Source: Telmatospirillum sp. (GTDB taxonomy: Bacteria; Pseudomonadota; Alphaproteobacteria; CACIAM-22H2). From it: 64,000 nt of DNA. The translations under genes and the position numbers were made by a program. Below, in pieces: positions 27,152 through 36,499 of this stretch (position 1 is the first letter of the stretch; each line of letters starts with the position of its first letter). The notes under the pieces were generated by a model. It was not told the origin of the DNA, made no database searches, and saw only the letters and a program-made list of their open reading frames with translations. Location: the NCBI GenBank assembly GCA_020248985.1, contig JADCGL010000021.1, positions 2,701 to 66,700 of the forward strand, written 5' to 3'.

Positions 27152-27957
27152 CGCGGCCTGTCGGTGCCGGATTTGAGACCCATCCGCGCGTAGGCGCCGT
27201 AGAACGCGGCGAGCGCTTCGACCGTCGCGTCGAGCATCTTGGCGCCGTTTTCGGGCGTGGCGGCGGCCGGATCGCCGCGATAGCCGCAATCCTCGTTGCC
27301 GAAGATCGCCGCATAGGTGCCGCGCGCTTCGAGCAGCGCATCGGCATTCGAGCCGCGCAGATAGGGCTGGTCCAAACGCGGCGGCAGGTTGCGCACTTTG
27401 CGCGCGATCTCGGGCGCCAATTCGGGCCGCAGCGCCATCAGCAGCGCTGTTTCGTACTCGCACGCATGGCCCACGCCGTCGAAACGACCGACCAGCATCT
27501 TGCGCCAGGCGGCCTCGCCCGGCGTCCAATAATCGACCGCCGCAATCTCGAACCCGTCGGTCGCAAGCTCGCCGATCTTGGCGGCCAAGGGGGCTTTGTT
27601 GCCGCCATGGCCGTTCACGATCAGCATGCGCTTGAAGCCCTGATGCGCCACGCAGCGCACGAGGTCTTCGACCAGTGCCATGAAGGTCGCGAGCTTGACC
27701 GTGAGCGTGCCGGCCCAGCTCGCATGGTGCGGCGAAAAACCGTACATCGGTGCCGGCATCACTACGACGGGCACTTCGCTGCAGCGGCGCGCCGCCGCCA
27801 TCGCGATCGCGTAGGCCGATGCGCTGTCCATGTCGACCGGCAGATGCTCGGCATGCTGCTCGACCGCCCCGACGGTCAGCACCGGCAGCGCGCCTGCGTC
27901 GCGTGCGGCCGCCAGCGTGTCGCGCGTGTGTTTGGTCCAGTCGTTTTCGAACGCCAT
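27148..27957 (-). CDS. Creatininase (creatinine amidohydrolase) family protein
   Basis: 269 aa. The …VEQHAEHLP… and …IVNGHGGN… regions match the creatininase family throughout. Confidence 0.85.
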   Translation of the reverse strand: MAFENDWTKHTRDTLAAARDAGALPVLTVGAVEQHAEHLPVDMDSASAYAIAMAAARRCSEVPVVVMPAPMYGFSPHHASWAGTLTVKLATFMALVEDLVRCVAHQGFKRMLIVNGHGGNKAPLAAKIGELATDGFEIAAVDYWTPGEAAWRKMLVGRFDGVGHACEYETALLMALRPELAPEIARKVRNLPPRLDQPYLRGSNADALLEARGTYAAIFGNEDCGYRGDPAAATPENGAKMLDATVEALAAFYGAYARMGLKSGTDRPR

Positions 27958-27972
27958 TTTGATTTCCTCGCG

Positions 27973-28284
27973 CTACGCGATCGTGGTTTCGTCGCTGCGC
28001 GTTTCGTTGCGGTTGTCGGTCCAGCTGAGCGCCACCTTGTCGCCCGCCTTGCCGCCGCGGAACTTGAACGCGAAATACGGGTTCTTCGACACCGACGGCC
28101 CCCATTGCGCGGTCATCACCGTGCGGCCGTTGTGCGTGGCCGTCACTTGGCTGATGAACCAGGCGGGCACGACCGCCCCGGCTTCGACGCGTTGGCCGCT
28201 CTCCATTTCGTGGCTCATCAGCACGCGGACTTCGACGATGCCGTCGCGGCCCACGGCCGCGCGAATGCGCATGGGACCGCTCAT
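27973..28284 (-). CDS. soxZ: SoxZ-like sulfur-carrier protein
   Basis: The 103-aa C-terminal segment of ORF 27973..28812 (MSGPMRIRAAVGRDGIVEVRVLMSHEMESGQRVEAGAVVPAWFISQV…) has typical SoxZ length and pattern. Its ATG overlaps the soxY stop as ATGA. Confidence 0.8.
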   Translation of the reverse strand: MSGPMRIRAAVGRDGIVEVRVLMSHEMESGQRVEAGAVVPAWFISQVTATHNGRTVMTAQWGPSVSKNPYFAFKFRGGKAGDKVALSWTDNRNETRSDETTIA

Positions 28285-28757
28285 GTGCCGCACCCGCCGA
28301 GCGTGACTTTGACCTCTTTGGTCGCCGAATAGACCTTGCCGTCGGCGACCGCGATCGCGACGACGTTCGAGGTCTGCGCCATCTTGATGCGCGTCGAAAC
28401 GTCGGCCACCGCATCGGGCAGAATCTCGAACACGGCCGTCAGCGTGTTGGGGTTCTTCTCGACCATCAGCGCGAGGCGCGTGGTGCCGGCAAGGCGGCTT
28501 GCGATCTGCACCGGCACCACGGCTCCGTTGTCCGCGATGTCCGGCACCGTCAGCACCAGCGACGCCGACGCGGTTGCGGGCTCGATGCCCAGCGCCTTCA
28601 GCGTCTCGGCGACGTTTTTGCCGTCGAACGCGCTCTTGTTCCAATCGGCCAAAGCCGCACGGCTCGGCAGCATGCCGGCAGCCGCAAGGGCGGCCGCCAG
28701 CGACCAGCCACCGCCCGTTTTCAGAAGTTTCCGCCTGTTTTCGTCCAACGCCGTCAC
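28281..28757 (-). CDS. soxY: SoxY-like sulfur-carrier protein with a Tat signal; the C-terminus is GGCGT rather than the canonical GGCGG
   Basis: GTG start at 28757 with a GGAG RBS 6 nt upstream. Tat motif RRKLLKTGGG. SoxY pattern …DIADNGAVVPVQI…KVTLGGCGT*. The C-terminal codons were read directly from the DNA. Confidence 0.8.
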   Translation of the reverse strand: MTALDENRRKLLKTGGGWSLAAALAAAGMLPSRAALADWNKSAFDGKNVAETLKALGIEPATASASLVLTVPDIADNGAVVPVQIASRLAGTTRLALMVEKNPNTLTAVFEILPDAVADVSTRIKMAQTSNVVAIAVADGKVYSATKEVKVTLGGCGT

Positions 28758-28900
28758 GGCCTGCTCCAGAGGATGAAACGTAGCAGCCCAAGCATAGCGC
28801 AGCGCCGAGCATTTGTAACAGGGGCCTTTAGCCGCACGGCGATTGACGGCGCGCAAAACAGCGTGTCAACTGAACATACAATCGTCCGCCTGGAAGCAAG

Positions 28901-30775
28901 ATGACCGAAGCCGCCGCCGCCCTCGAATCCCGTCCCGGTCCGCGGCCTTTTTCCGTCCGCACGCTCGATATCCTCGACGCGACGGTCGGCGCCCTGGCGG
29001 TTTTCTGCCTGGTTTCGATAGCGCTCGTGACGCTGGCCGGCGTCGTGTCGCGCTACGTGTTTTCCGCCTCGCTGACCTGGACGGCCGAAGCCGGACAATG
29101 GCTGTTCATCTATCTCATTTTCCTCGGCATCCCGCTTGCCCACCGCGAGCGCCTGCATATTGCGATCGTCGGCGTCGATGCGCTGCTGTCGCCGGGGCTT
29201 AAACGCACGCACCAGGTGCTGGTCGATGCGGCAGTGGCCTATACGACGATCCTGCTGATGTTCGGCGCGCAAAAACTGATCGCCTTGATCGGCGGCCTGT
29301 CGACGGCCTTGGCCCTGCCCGCCTGGCTGCAATATGCGGGCATCCCGGCAAGCTGTGCGGCGGGGCTCGTCTATATCGCCCTGCGCGATCTCGAACGACC
29401 TGCCGACCGCTATCTCGGCGCGTTGGGCGTCGCGTTGGCGGGCGGCTTCTACTGGCTGTTCGACGTTGCGCGCGTGCTGACATTCCCGGAGATGGATCCG
29501 GTGTGGCTGATGTCCGGCACCTTCGTCGCGGGGCTCGCACTCGGCATCCCGGTCGCGTTTTCGATGCTGCTCGGCGTGTTCCTCGCCAATCTCTCGGTCG
29601 ATATTCTGCCCGTCGCGGCGATCGTGCAGAACGTGGTGCGCGGCGCCGGGCAGTTCCTGTTGCTGGCGATCCCGCTGTTCCTGCTGGCGGGTGCGCTCAT
29701 GAATGTGGGCGGCCTCACCCAGCGCCTGATCGACTTCGCGCACACGCTCGTGCGCCATATGCGCGCAGGCCTTGCCCAGGTCACGGTCGTATCGGCAACG
29801 CTCTACGGCGGCATTTCGGGCTCGTCCAACGCCGATGCGGCGCTGAACGCCAAAATGCTGCACCCGGCCATGCTGCGCGACGGCTACAAGCCGAGCTTCT
29901 CGGCCGCCGCGTGTGCGGCATCCGCCGTGCTGCCCAACATCATCCCGCCGTCGGTCGGCATGCTGATCATCGCGGCGGCAACCGGCATCTCGGTCGGGCA
30001 GATGTTCATCGCCGGTATTGTACCGGGCCTGCTCTATGCCGCGGCGCTGATGCTGGCAGTCGCGTTTGTGGCCAAGCGCGACGGCTACAAGCCTGCCATG
30101 GCGCGCGCGACGTGGCGCGAGCGGGGCTTGGCCGCCAAAGCGGCAATTCCGGTGATGCTGCTTGCCGTGTTTATACTGGGCTCGCTGCGCTTCGGCATTG
30201 CTACACCGACCGAAACCGGCGCCATCGCTGTCGCCTACTCGTTTCTGGTCGGCGCCTTGTGGATGCGCAGCTACACGCTCAAAGGCCTGTGGCAGATCCT
30301 GTCGCAGACGGCGGTCGATTCCGCGATGATCGGCCTGTTGATCGGGGCGGCCATCCCCTTCGGCTTCGTGCTGACGACCGAGCGCATTCCGCAAGCGATC
30401 GTCGAGTTCGGGGCAGCGTGGCTCACCGACGGCTGGATCGTGCTGCTGTTCTTGAACGCCGTCCTGCTGATCGCGGGCATGTTTCTCGATATCGGCGCTT
30501 CGATCCTGATCCTCGCCCCCCTGTTCCTGCCGCTGATCGAGCGCTTCGGCATCGAGCCCGTGCATTTCGGATTGATCGTGATCTGCAATCTGATGATCGG
30601 CGGCCTCACGCCGCCGGTCGGCATCCTCGCCTACATCGTCTCGACCGTCACGCGCCTGCCGGTCGTCGATGTGTTCAGCGCACTCGGCCCCTTCCTGGTC
30701 GCACTACTGATCGCCCTTGCACTCATCACCTACGTGCCTGCAATCTCAATGGGATTGCTGTGGCTCGGTCTTTGA
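28901..30775 (+). CDS. TRAP transporter fused small/large permease (DctQ-DctM fusion)
   Basis: 624 aa: an N-terminal DctQ-like 4-TM domain followed by a DctM-like 12-TM domain. Confidence 0.9.
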   Translation: MTEAAAALESRPGPRPFSVRTLDILDATVGALAVFCLVSIALVTLAGVVSRYVFSASLTWTAEAGQWLFIYLIFLGIPLAHRERLHIAIVGVDALLSPGLKRTHQVLVDAAVAYTTILLMFGAQKLIALIGGLSTALALPAWLQYAGIPASCAAGLVYIALRDLERPADRYLGALGVALAGGFYWLFDVARVLTFPEMDPVWLMSGTFVAGLALGIPVAFSMLLGVFLANLSVDILPVAAIVQNVVRGAGQFLLLAIPLFLLAGALMNVGGLTQRLIDFAHTLVRHMRAGLAQVTVVSATLYGGISGSSNADAALNAKMLHPAMLRDGYKPSFSAAACAASAVLPNIIPPSVGMLIIAAATGISVGQMFIAGIVPGLLYAAALMLAVAFVAKRDGYKPAMARATWRERGLAAKAAIPVMLLAVFILGSLRFGIATPTETGAIAVAYSFLVGALWMRSYTLKGLWQILSQTAVDSAMIGLLIGAAIPFGFVLTTERIPQAIVEFGAAWLTDGWIVLLFLNAVLLIAGMFLDIGASILILAPLFLPLIERFGIEPVHFGLIVICNLMIGGLTPPVGILAYIVSTVTRLPVVDVFSALGPFLVALLIALALITYVPAISMGLLWLGL

Positions 30776-30804
30776 CCCAACCGTTCAAGAAAAGGAAAAA
30801 CACC

Positions 30805-31800
30805 ATGACCGACCTCACACGCCGCCAAGCTGGCCTTGGAATCGCAGCCCTCGGCTTGGGTGCGGCCCTCGCCGCCCCGGCAATCGCGCAGACGCGCGCG
30901 GCCGCCGCGCGCATCGGCGTGGTGCAGCCCGAAACGGCCCCCAACACGGTCATGTGGCGGCGCTTCGCCGAGCTTGCGCGCGAGCGCACCGGCGGGGCCG
31001 TCGATCTGCAGATCTTCCCCGCGGGCCAGCTCGGCGGCGAGCGCGAAAACGCCGAAGGCATGCGCCTGGGCTCGATCCAGGGCGCTGACTCCACGCTCGC
31101 GGCCCTGTCGCAATGGGTGCCCGAAGGCCAAATTTTCGACATGCCCTTCATCTTCCGCGACTGGGACCATGTCGACAAAGTGGTCAACGGGCCGATCGGC
31201 GAGCGCTACAAGGGCCTCTACCGCGCGCAGGGCTTCGAGGTGCCGGCCTTCTTCACCTACGGGGCGCGCCATCTCGTGAGCCGCACGCCGATCCTGCAAG
31301 TGTCGGACATTCGCGGCAAGACGATGCGCGTGCTGCAGAGCCCGCTGCACATTTCGATCTGGCGTACGCTGGGGGCGAACCCGACGCCGATCCCGATCAC
31401 CGAGACCTACAACGCGCTGTCGACCGGCGTCGCCGACCTCATGGACATCACCAAGGGCCCCATCGAAACGCTGCGCCTGTTCGAAGTGGCCCCCAACATC
31501 ACCGAGACCGGCCATATCTGGGCCGTCGGCGCCATCGTGTTTTCGCAGCAATACTGGCAGCGCCTGTCGCCGGCGAACCAGCAGGCCATGACGCGCACGT
31601 CGCTCGAGATGGCGGCCTACATCAACAAACTGCATCTCGAGCAGGAAGACGCGGCCATGGGCCGCATCACCCAGCGCGGCGCGCGCGTGCACAAGGTCGA
31701 CCAGGCGCCGTGGCGCGACGCGTTGCGCCCGATTTGGGAGCAGGAAGCGCCCAAATTCGGCGGCATGGCCTCGATCACGTCGATCGTCGAGACGCGCTAG
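30805..31800 (+). CDS. TRAP transporter substrate-binding protein (DctP family) with a Tat signal
   Basis: MTDLTRRQAGLGIAALGLGAALAAPAIAQ signal peptide, an AAAGGAAAAA RBS, and a DctP-family body. Confidence 0.9.
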   Translation: MTDLTRRQAGLGIAALGLGAALAAPAIAQTRAAAARIGVVQPETAPNTVMWRRFAELARERTGGAVDLQIFPAGQLGGERENAEGMRLGSIQGADSTLAALSQWVPEGQIFDMPFIFRDWDHVDKVVNGPIGERYKGLYRAQGFEVPAFFTYGARHLVSRTPILQVSDIRGKTMRVLQSPLHISIWRTLGANPTPIPITETYNALSTGVADLMDITKGPIETLRLFEVAPNITETGHIWAVGAIVFSQQYWQRLSPANQQAMTRTSLEMAAYINKLHLEQEDAAMGRITQRGARVHKVDQAPWRDALRPIWEQEAPKFGGMASITSIVETR

Positions 31801-31827
31801 GACATTCGGGAAAAAGGGAGACGCACG

Positions 31828-32754
31828 ATGGAAGCTTCGATGCTGGAAGAGGTCGTCCAGAACCCCAACCCCTATCCGATCGTGGCCGAAATGGCCTACG
31901 ACGACATCTGGAAACTGTGCGAGCAGGCGCGCGATCTTGCGTGGGATCCCGCCAAGCTCGATTTCTCCGACCTTCAGAAAGCCGATCTGCCCGACGAAGT
32001 GCGCAAGGCAGGTGCCGAATGGTGGTCGTTGCGCGCGTGGATGGAGCACGGCGCCACACCCTACGGGGCCGAGCGCCTGCGCGACGCGATCTTCGGGCAT
32101 CAGCCTTTCGAGGTGAAGCAGCACGTCGTCAATTTCATCGCCGAAGAACTGCGCCACCACGAGGCGAGTTTCCGCATCGCCAACGCGCTCGCCAAATACC
32201 AGCCGTCGCCGCAATCCGACTATTTCATGAAGATCATCCCGAAATTCCACGACGAGAAGGAGGAGAAGCAGATGAGCTTCTTCGCCGGGCTCGCCGTGAA
32301 CACGCTGTTCGAACAGCTGTCGGGCGAACTCCTGCAGGCGCGCTACGAAAACGCGCGCTACGAGTCCATCCGCGAAGCCTGCCGCCTGATCCTGCGCGAC
32401 GAGGCGCGGCACATCCAGTTCGGCCGCATCGTGATGCGCCGCTTCTTCGGCACGCTGTCGGACTTCGACAAGGAAGCGCTCGGCAAGAAATTCGCCAAGA
32501 AACTGCGCGGGTCGCTGCTGAACGGCGTCTATGCGGTCGTGAACCTGCCGGCCGACGAGCGCAAACGCTCGGCGCGCGCGCGCCAGCTTGCGGCCGAGCA
32601 CGGCCTGGGCGCCACGCATCCCGACCACGAGGTATCGATCATCGCCGACGCGCTCAAGAAGATCCGCGCCGACGTCGCCCCCTACAACGTGCCGATCCCG
32701 CCGATCCCGGAAGTCGAGGGTCCGGCCACGGGGCCGTCGGCCAAGGCGGCTTGA
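31828..32754 (+). CDS. Ferritin-like diiron-carboxylate protein (acyl-ACP desaturase / AurF-like oxygenase family; function unknown)
   Basis: Two EExRH-type motifs (EELRHHE and DEARHIQFG) plus extra helix glutamates (…AEWWSLRAWMEH…, …FEQLSGELLQ…). 308 aa with an AAGGGAG RBS. Confidence 0.6.
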   Translation: MEASMLEEVVQNPNPYPIVAEMAYDDIWKLCEQARDLAWDPAKLDFSDLQKADLPDEVRKAGAEWWSLRAWMEHGATPYGAERLRDAIFGHQPFEVKQHVVNFIAEELRHHEASFRIANALAKYQPSPQSDYFMKIIPKFHDEKEEKQMSFFAGLAVNTLFEQLSGELLQARYENARYESIREACRLILRDEARHIQFGRIVMRRFFGTLSDFDKEALGKKFAKKLRGSLLNGVYAVVNLPADERKRSARARQLAAEHGLGATHPDHEVSIIADALKKIRADVAPYNVPIPPIPEVEGPATGPSAKAA

Positions 32755-32756
32755 AA

Positions 32757-33731
32757 ATGCTCGGGCGCCGCCGTCTGTTGCTTGCCGCCGGTGCCGCATT
32801 GGCGGCACCTTCGTTGGGCAACGCGCAAAGCGCATGGCCCAACAAGCCGGTGCGCTTCGTGGTCCCCTTCCCGCCCGGCGGGGCGGCCGATTTGCTGGCG
32901 CGCAGCTTGGGCCAACGGCTCGGCGACAAGCTCGGCCAGAACTTCGTGATCGACAACCGCCCGGGTGCGGGGACGGCCATCGGCACGGCCGCGACCGCGC
33001 AAAGCCCGGCCGACGGCTACACGGTAATGATCGGCACGGTGAGTTCGCACGCGATCAACCCGGCCCTCAATCCGAAGGTCGGCTACGATCCGATCGCGGA
33101 TTTTTCGCCGGTTGCGGCCTTTGCGACGTTGCCGTTTTTTCTGGTCGCCCATCCGAGCGTGGCCGCGCGCAGCCCAGCCGAGCTTGTCGCACTCGCAAAA
33201 CGCGAGCCCGGCAAGCTCAACTACGCCTCGGCCGGCAACGGCACGTCGAACCATCTGGCGGGCGAAATGTTCAAACTTTCGACGGGCACGGACATCGCGC
33301 ACATCCCCTATCGCGGCTCGGCCCCCGCCTTGGCGGCCGTGGTCGCGGGCGAATGCCAACTGATGTTCGATCTGTCGATCACGGCCATGCCGCAGATCCA
33401 GGCCGGGGCCGTGCGCGCGATCGCGGTTGCGAGCGCCGCCCGCTCGCCTTTGATGCCGAACGTGGCGACGGTCGCCGAAGCGGTCCCCGGTTTCGAGGCG
33501 AGCGCCTGGTTCGGCATTTTCGCACCGGCGCGCACGCCCGAGCCGATCGTGGCGCGGTTGGCGGCCGAGATCGAAGCGGCCCTTGGCGATCCCGCGATCG
33601 CCGCGCGCTTGGCCCAACAAGGTGCGGAGCCGATGCGCATGGGGCCGGCCGCGTTCTCGACCTTCGTGCGGGCCGAGCTTGCGCGCTGGTCGGGCGTAGT
33701 GCGCGACGCCAAGATCCAGGCCGACGGCTGA
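32757..33731 (+). CDS. Tripartite tricarboxylate transporter substrate-binding protein (TctC/Bug family)
   Basis: Signal peptide MLGRRRLLLAAGAALAAPSLGNAQ, with the Bug-family pattern WPNKPVRFVVPFPPGGAADLLAR. Confidence 0.85.
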   Translation: MLGRRRLLLAAGAALAAPSLGNAQSAWPNKPVRFVVPFPPGGAADLLARSLGQRLGDKLGQNFVIDNRPGAGTAIGTAATAQSPADGYTVMIGTVSSHAINPALNPKVGYDPIADFSPVAAFATLPFFLVAHPSVAARSPAELVALAKREPGKLNYASAGNGTSNHLAGEMFKLSTGTDIAHIPYRGSAPALAAVVAGECQLMFDLSITAMPQIQAGAVRAIAVASAARSPLMPNVATVAEAVPGFEASAWFGIFAPARTPEPIVARLAAEIEAALGDPAIAARLAQQGAEPMRMGPAAFSTFVRAELARWSGVVRDAKIQADG

Positions 33732-35249
33732 CTAGAAAGCGAGGGCCAACGCCTCGCGCCGATGGTCGGCGACGGCGATCTTGAGGCCGCCGCGAAAACC
33801 CGCAAGCCCGATCGAACCCATCAGCCAATCGGCCGGCGGGCGCAAGGCGAGGCGATGGCCTGCGGCTGCAAGCGCATCGAGCGTATGCGTCGGCATCGCG
33901 GCTTCGACAGCGATCTGATCGTCGCCCAGAAAACTCCAGCGCGGAGCGGCGACGGCCGCCGCGGGATCGCTTGCGTCGCGCATGAGGCCGACGGCGATCT
34001 GCAGATTGGTCTGGGTCTGCGCTTGCGCCCCCGGCGTGCCGCAGGCCCAAATGCCGTCTTCGGGATGGCGCATCAGAATGCCGACCAGCGTATGGCGCGG
34101 CCGCTTGCCCGGTGCGGGCGCGTTCGCACCGGTCGAAAAGGACGCACCGCGGTCGTTCGAGAGCCACCCGTTCGACGCCAAACACCGCCCGCCGAACGGG
34201 CGATAGAGCGAATGGATCAGCGTGCACACGCCGCCCGATGCATCGACGGCGGCGACCTGCGTCGTCTCGCCGTAATTGCGCACCATCGCAGGCCCCTGCG
34301 ACGCGCGATGGCCGATGCTCTCGCGCTTGGCGCGCATGTTCGCGGGCGCAAGCATGGCAGCCGCGTGTGAAGCCGGATCGTGCCCATCGCCGACGCGGTC
34401 AAGCTCGGAAAAGGCACGCTTGTAGGCCTCGATCAGCATATGCGTGCGATGGGACGCATCGTTTTCGCGCACCGTATCGGCACCCGCGATGCCGAGCGAC
34501 GCAAGCGCCGCAACGCTCTGGCTCATCGGCGGCTGGCCGTAGATCGTCCAAGCGCCGAACGTCAGCGCCAACGGCGTTTCGCGCGCGACCTTGAAAGCGC
34601 TGGCCTCTTGCGCGGTCACGCTTGCACCTTGGCGCGCCCAATCGGCGCAGGCGGCACCAAGGGCCGGGGTAGGACCGTTGCGCGACCAGTCCGCAAGGCT
34701 CTCGGCAAGGCCGGGAAGTGCGAAACGTTCGCCCGGCTTCGGCAACGCACCGCCATGGGCGGCCGCAAATGCCTGGCGGAGCGCTCCGTCGCGCAAAGCC
34801 TGCAACTGCCGGTCGAACCGCGCCGACACGGCAACGCCGCGCGCTGCAAGTGCGATCGCCGGTTTCAACGAAGCCGCGCGCCCCAAGCGCCCGGCGTTCG
34901 ACGCAAGATATTCGAACGCGGCTGGTGCCCCTGGGATCAGGCAAAGGCCTGCGCGCTCGGCGTCGGATGTGGGATGCACATAAGCTGCCGGTGCAGGCCC
35001 CGCCCCGTTGACCGCGTGCACGGTCCCGTTTGCATCGGTCCACAGCGCGAACAGATCCCCGCCCGGCCCGCACATGTCGGGCATGGCCGCCCAATCGCTC
35101 GCGGCCATCGCCAAGCACGCATCGACCGCATTGCCGCCAGCTTCGAGGGCCGCAATGCCGGCAAGTGCCGAGATTGGGTGGCCCGCGACGGCAGCCCCGC
35201 CCAAGCCTTGGGCCAAGCGCCCGCTGCCGTAGGTCGGTGCAGCACTCAT
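33732..35249 (-). CDS. Gamma-glutamyltranspeptidase-family (Ntn hydrolase) protein without a signal peptide
   Basis: The start is taken at MSAAPTYGSG (35249), which overlaps the ADH stop as ATGA. GGT-family pattern (…HPISALAGIAALEAGGNAVDA… and later …TTQV/T…). The 664-aa ORF-track version is read-through. Confidence 0.85.
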   Translation of the reverse strand: MSAAPTYGSGRLAQGLGGAAVAGHPISALAGIAALEAGGNAVDACLAMAASDWAAMPDMCGPGGDLFALWTDANGTVHAVNGAGPAPAAYVHPTSDAERAGLCLIPGAPAAFEYLASNAGRLGRAASLKPAIALAARGVAVSARFDRQLQALRDGALRQAFAAAHGGALPKPGERFALPGLAESLADWSRNGPTPALGAACADWARQGASVTAQEASAFKVARETPLALTFGAWTIYGQPPMSQSVAALASLGIAGADTVRENDASHRTHMLIEAYKRAFSELDRVGDGHDPASHAAAMLAPANMRAKRESIGHRASQGPAMVRNYGETTQVAAVDASGGVCTLIHSLYRPFGGRCLASNGWLSNDRGASFSTGANAPAPGKRPRHTLVGILMRHPEDGIWACGTPGAQAQTQTNLQIAVGLMRDASDPAAAVAAPRWSFLGDDQIAVEAAMPTHTLDALAAAGHRLALRPPADWLMGSIGLAGFRGGLKIAVADHRREALALAF

Positions 35250-36421
35250 TCGGCGAATACCGGTACGGCCCCGCCCGTGGGCGTGCGCATGGCGGCCAGC
35301 ATCGCGCGCGCTTGGTCGAGCGTGGCCAGACGCGGATTCATTTTGACTTGGCCCGAGCGCATCGCGGCTTGCGCCACCTTCTCGCGCGCCGCGTCGTCGG
35401 GCACGTAGCGGTCGAGCGACAGATCGAGGCCCAGCGTGTGGCGCAGCTTCGACATGGCCGCCGCCGCCGAGGGTGCGCCGAAGGCCGCCGCGATCGCCTC
35501 GCCCTTGGGACCCAGCATCGGCGCGTTGAAGGCCGTGACGATGGGCAATGCCAGCGCATTGCCGAGCCCGTGCGCCACGCCGTGCAAAGCGCCCAGCGGG
35601 GCCGCAAACGCGTGGGCCAAGCCGAGATTGGCGCTGTTGAATGCGATCGCAGCCTGGCACGAGCCGATGAGGCAGGCACTGCGCGCCGCCATGTTGCCCG
35701 GCTCGGCATAGGCGATCGGCAGCCACTTGGCCAAAAGCCGCATCGCCTCGAGCGCAAACGGATCGGTCATGATCGACGAAGCGTTCGACACAAACGCCTC
35801 GACCGCATGCGTGACCGCATCGTAGCCCGATTGCGCGGTCACGATTGCAGGGCAGCTCACCGTGAGCGTGGGATCGAGCAAGGCGACGGCGGCCGTCATT
35901 TCGGGCGAGCGGAAGATGAGCTTCACCTCGGAGCCCGCCTTGGCCGCGATCGCCGATTCAGAAACTTCCGAACCCGTTCCGGCCGTGGTCGGCGCGCACA
36001 CGAACAGCGAGCGATGGGGCCGCAGGCTTTTGCCGAAGCCCGAAATCGCCTCGACCGGACCCGGATTGGACAAAAGCAAGCGGGCAACCTTGGCCGTATC
36101 CATGGCCGAGCCCCCGCCGACCGCGACGATCAAATCGGGATCGGCCGTCGCCAAGGCTGAAGCTGCCGCCGCGATCGTGTCGGTCGTGGGCTCGTGCGTG
36201 GGCACCGGAACCACGACGGGTGCAGCCCCCGTGCCGGCTTTGAGAGCCGCAATCGCGCGCGCCTCGATCGCACCGCCGACGAAGAAGCCGTCGATCACCA
36301 ATGCGGGCCGCGTGCAGCCGAATTCCTTGGCGAGTCCGTCGAGCCGCTCGAGCGCACCGCTCGCGTACACGACGCGGCGCGCAGAATGGAAAAACACGAA
36401 ATCGGCGATCGGCTCTTTCAT
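35246..36421 (-). CDS. Iron-containing alcohol dehydrogenase family protein
   Basis: MKEPIADFVFFHSARRVVYASGALERLD…GGGSAMDTAK… matches the Fe-ADH family. A GGAG RBS is present. Confidence 0.85.
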   Translation of the reverse strand: MKEPIADFVFFHSARRVVYASGALERLDGLAKEFGCTRPALVIDGFFVGGAIEARAIAALKAGTGAAPVVVPVPTHEPTTDTIAAAASALATADPDLIVAVGGGSAMDTAKVARLLLSNPGPVEAISGFGKSLRPHRSLFVCAPTTAGTGSEVSESAIAAKAGSEVKLIFRSPEMTAAVALLDPTLTVSCPAIVTAQSGYDAVTHAVEAFVSNASSIMTDPFALEAMRLLAKWLPIAYAEPGNMAARSACLIGSCQAAIAFNSANLGLAHAFAAPLGALHGVAHGLGNALALPIVTAFNAPMLGPKGEAIAAAFGAPSAAAAMSKLRHTLGLDLSLDRYVPDDAAREKVAQAAMRSGQVKMNPRLATLDQARAMLAAMRTPTGGAVPVFAE

Positions 36422-36499
36422 GGTGCGGCGGCTCCGAATGGCAGTACACGAACGATCCGAAACCGTATCGGGGCCGCATGCCAAGTGCAACGCCGCTCT

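Noticed and set aside
28281-28856. Longer SoxY version starting at the ATG at 28856 (191 aa)
   Set aside because: It would put 34 residues in front of the Tat motif. The GTG at 28757 with a GGAG RBS gives a canonical Tat signal at the N-terminus, so the shorter form is preferred.
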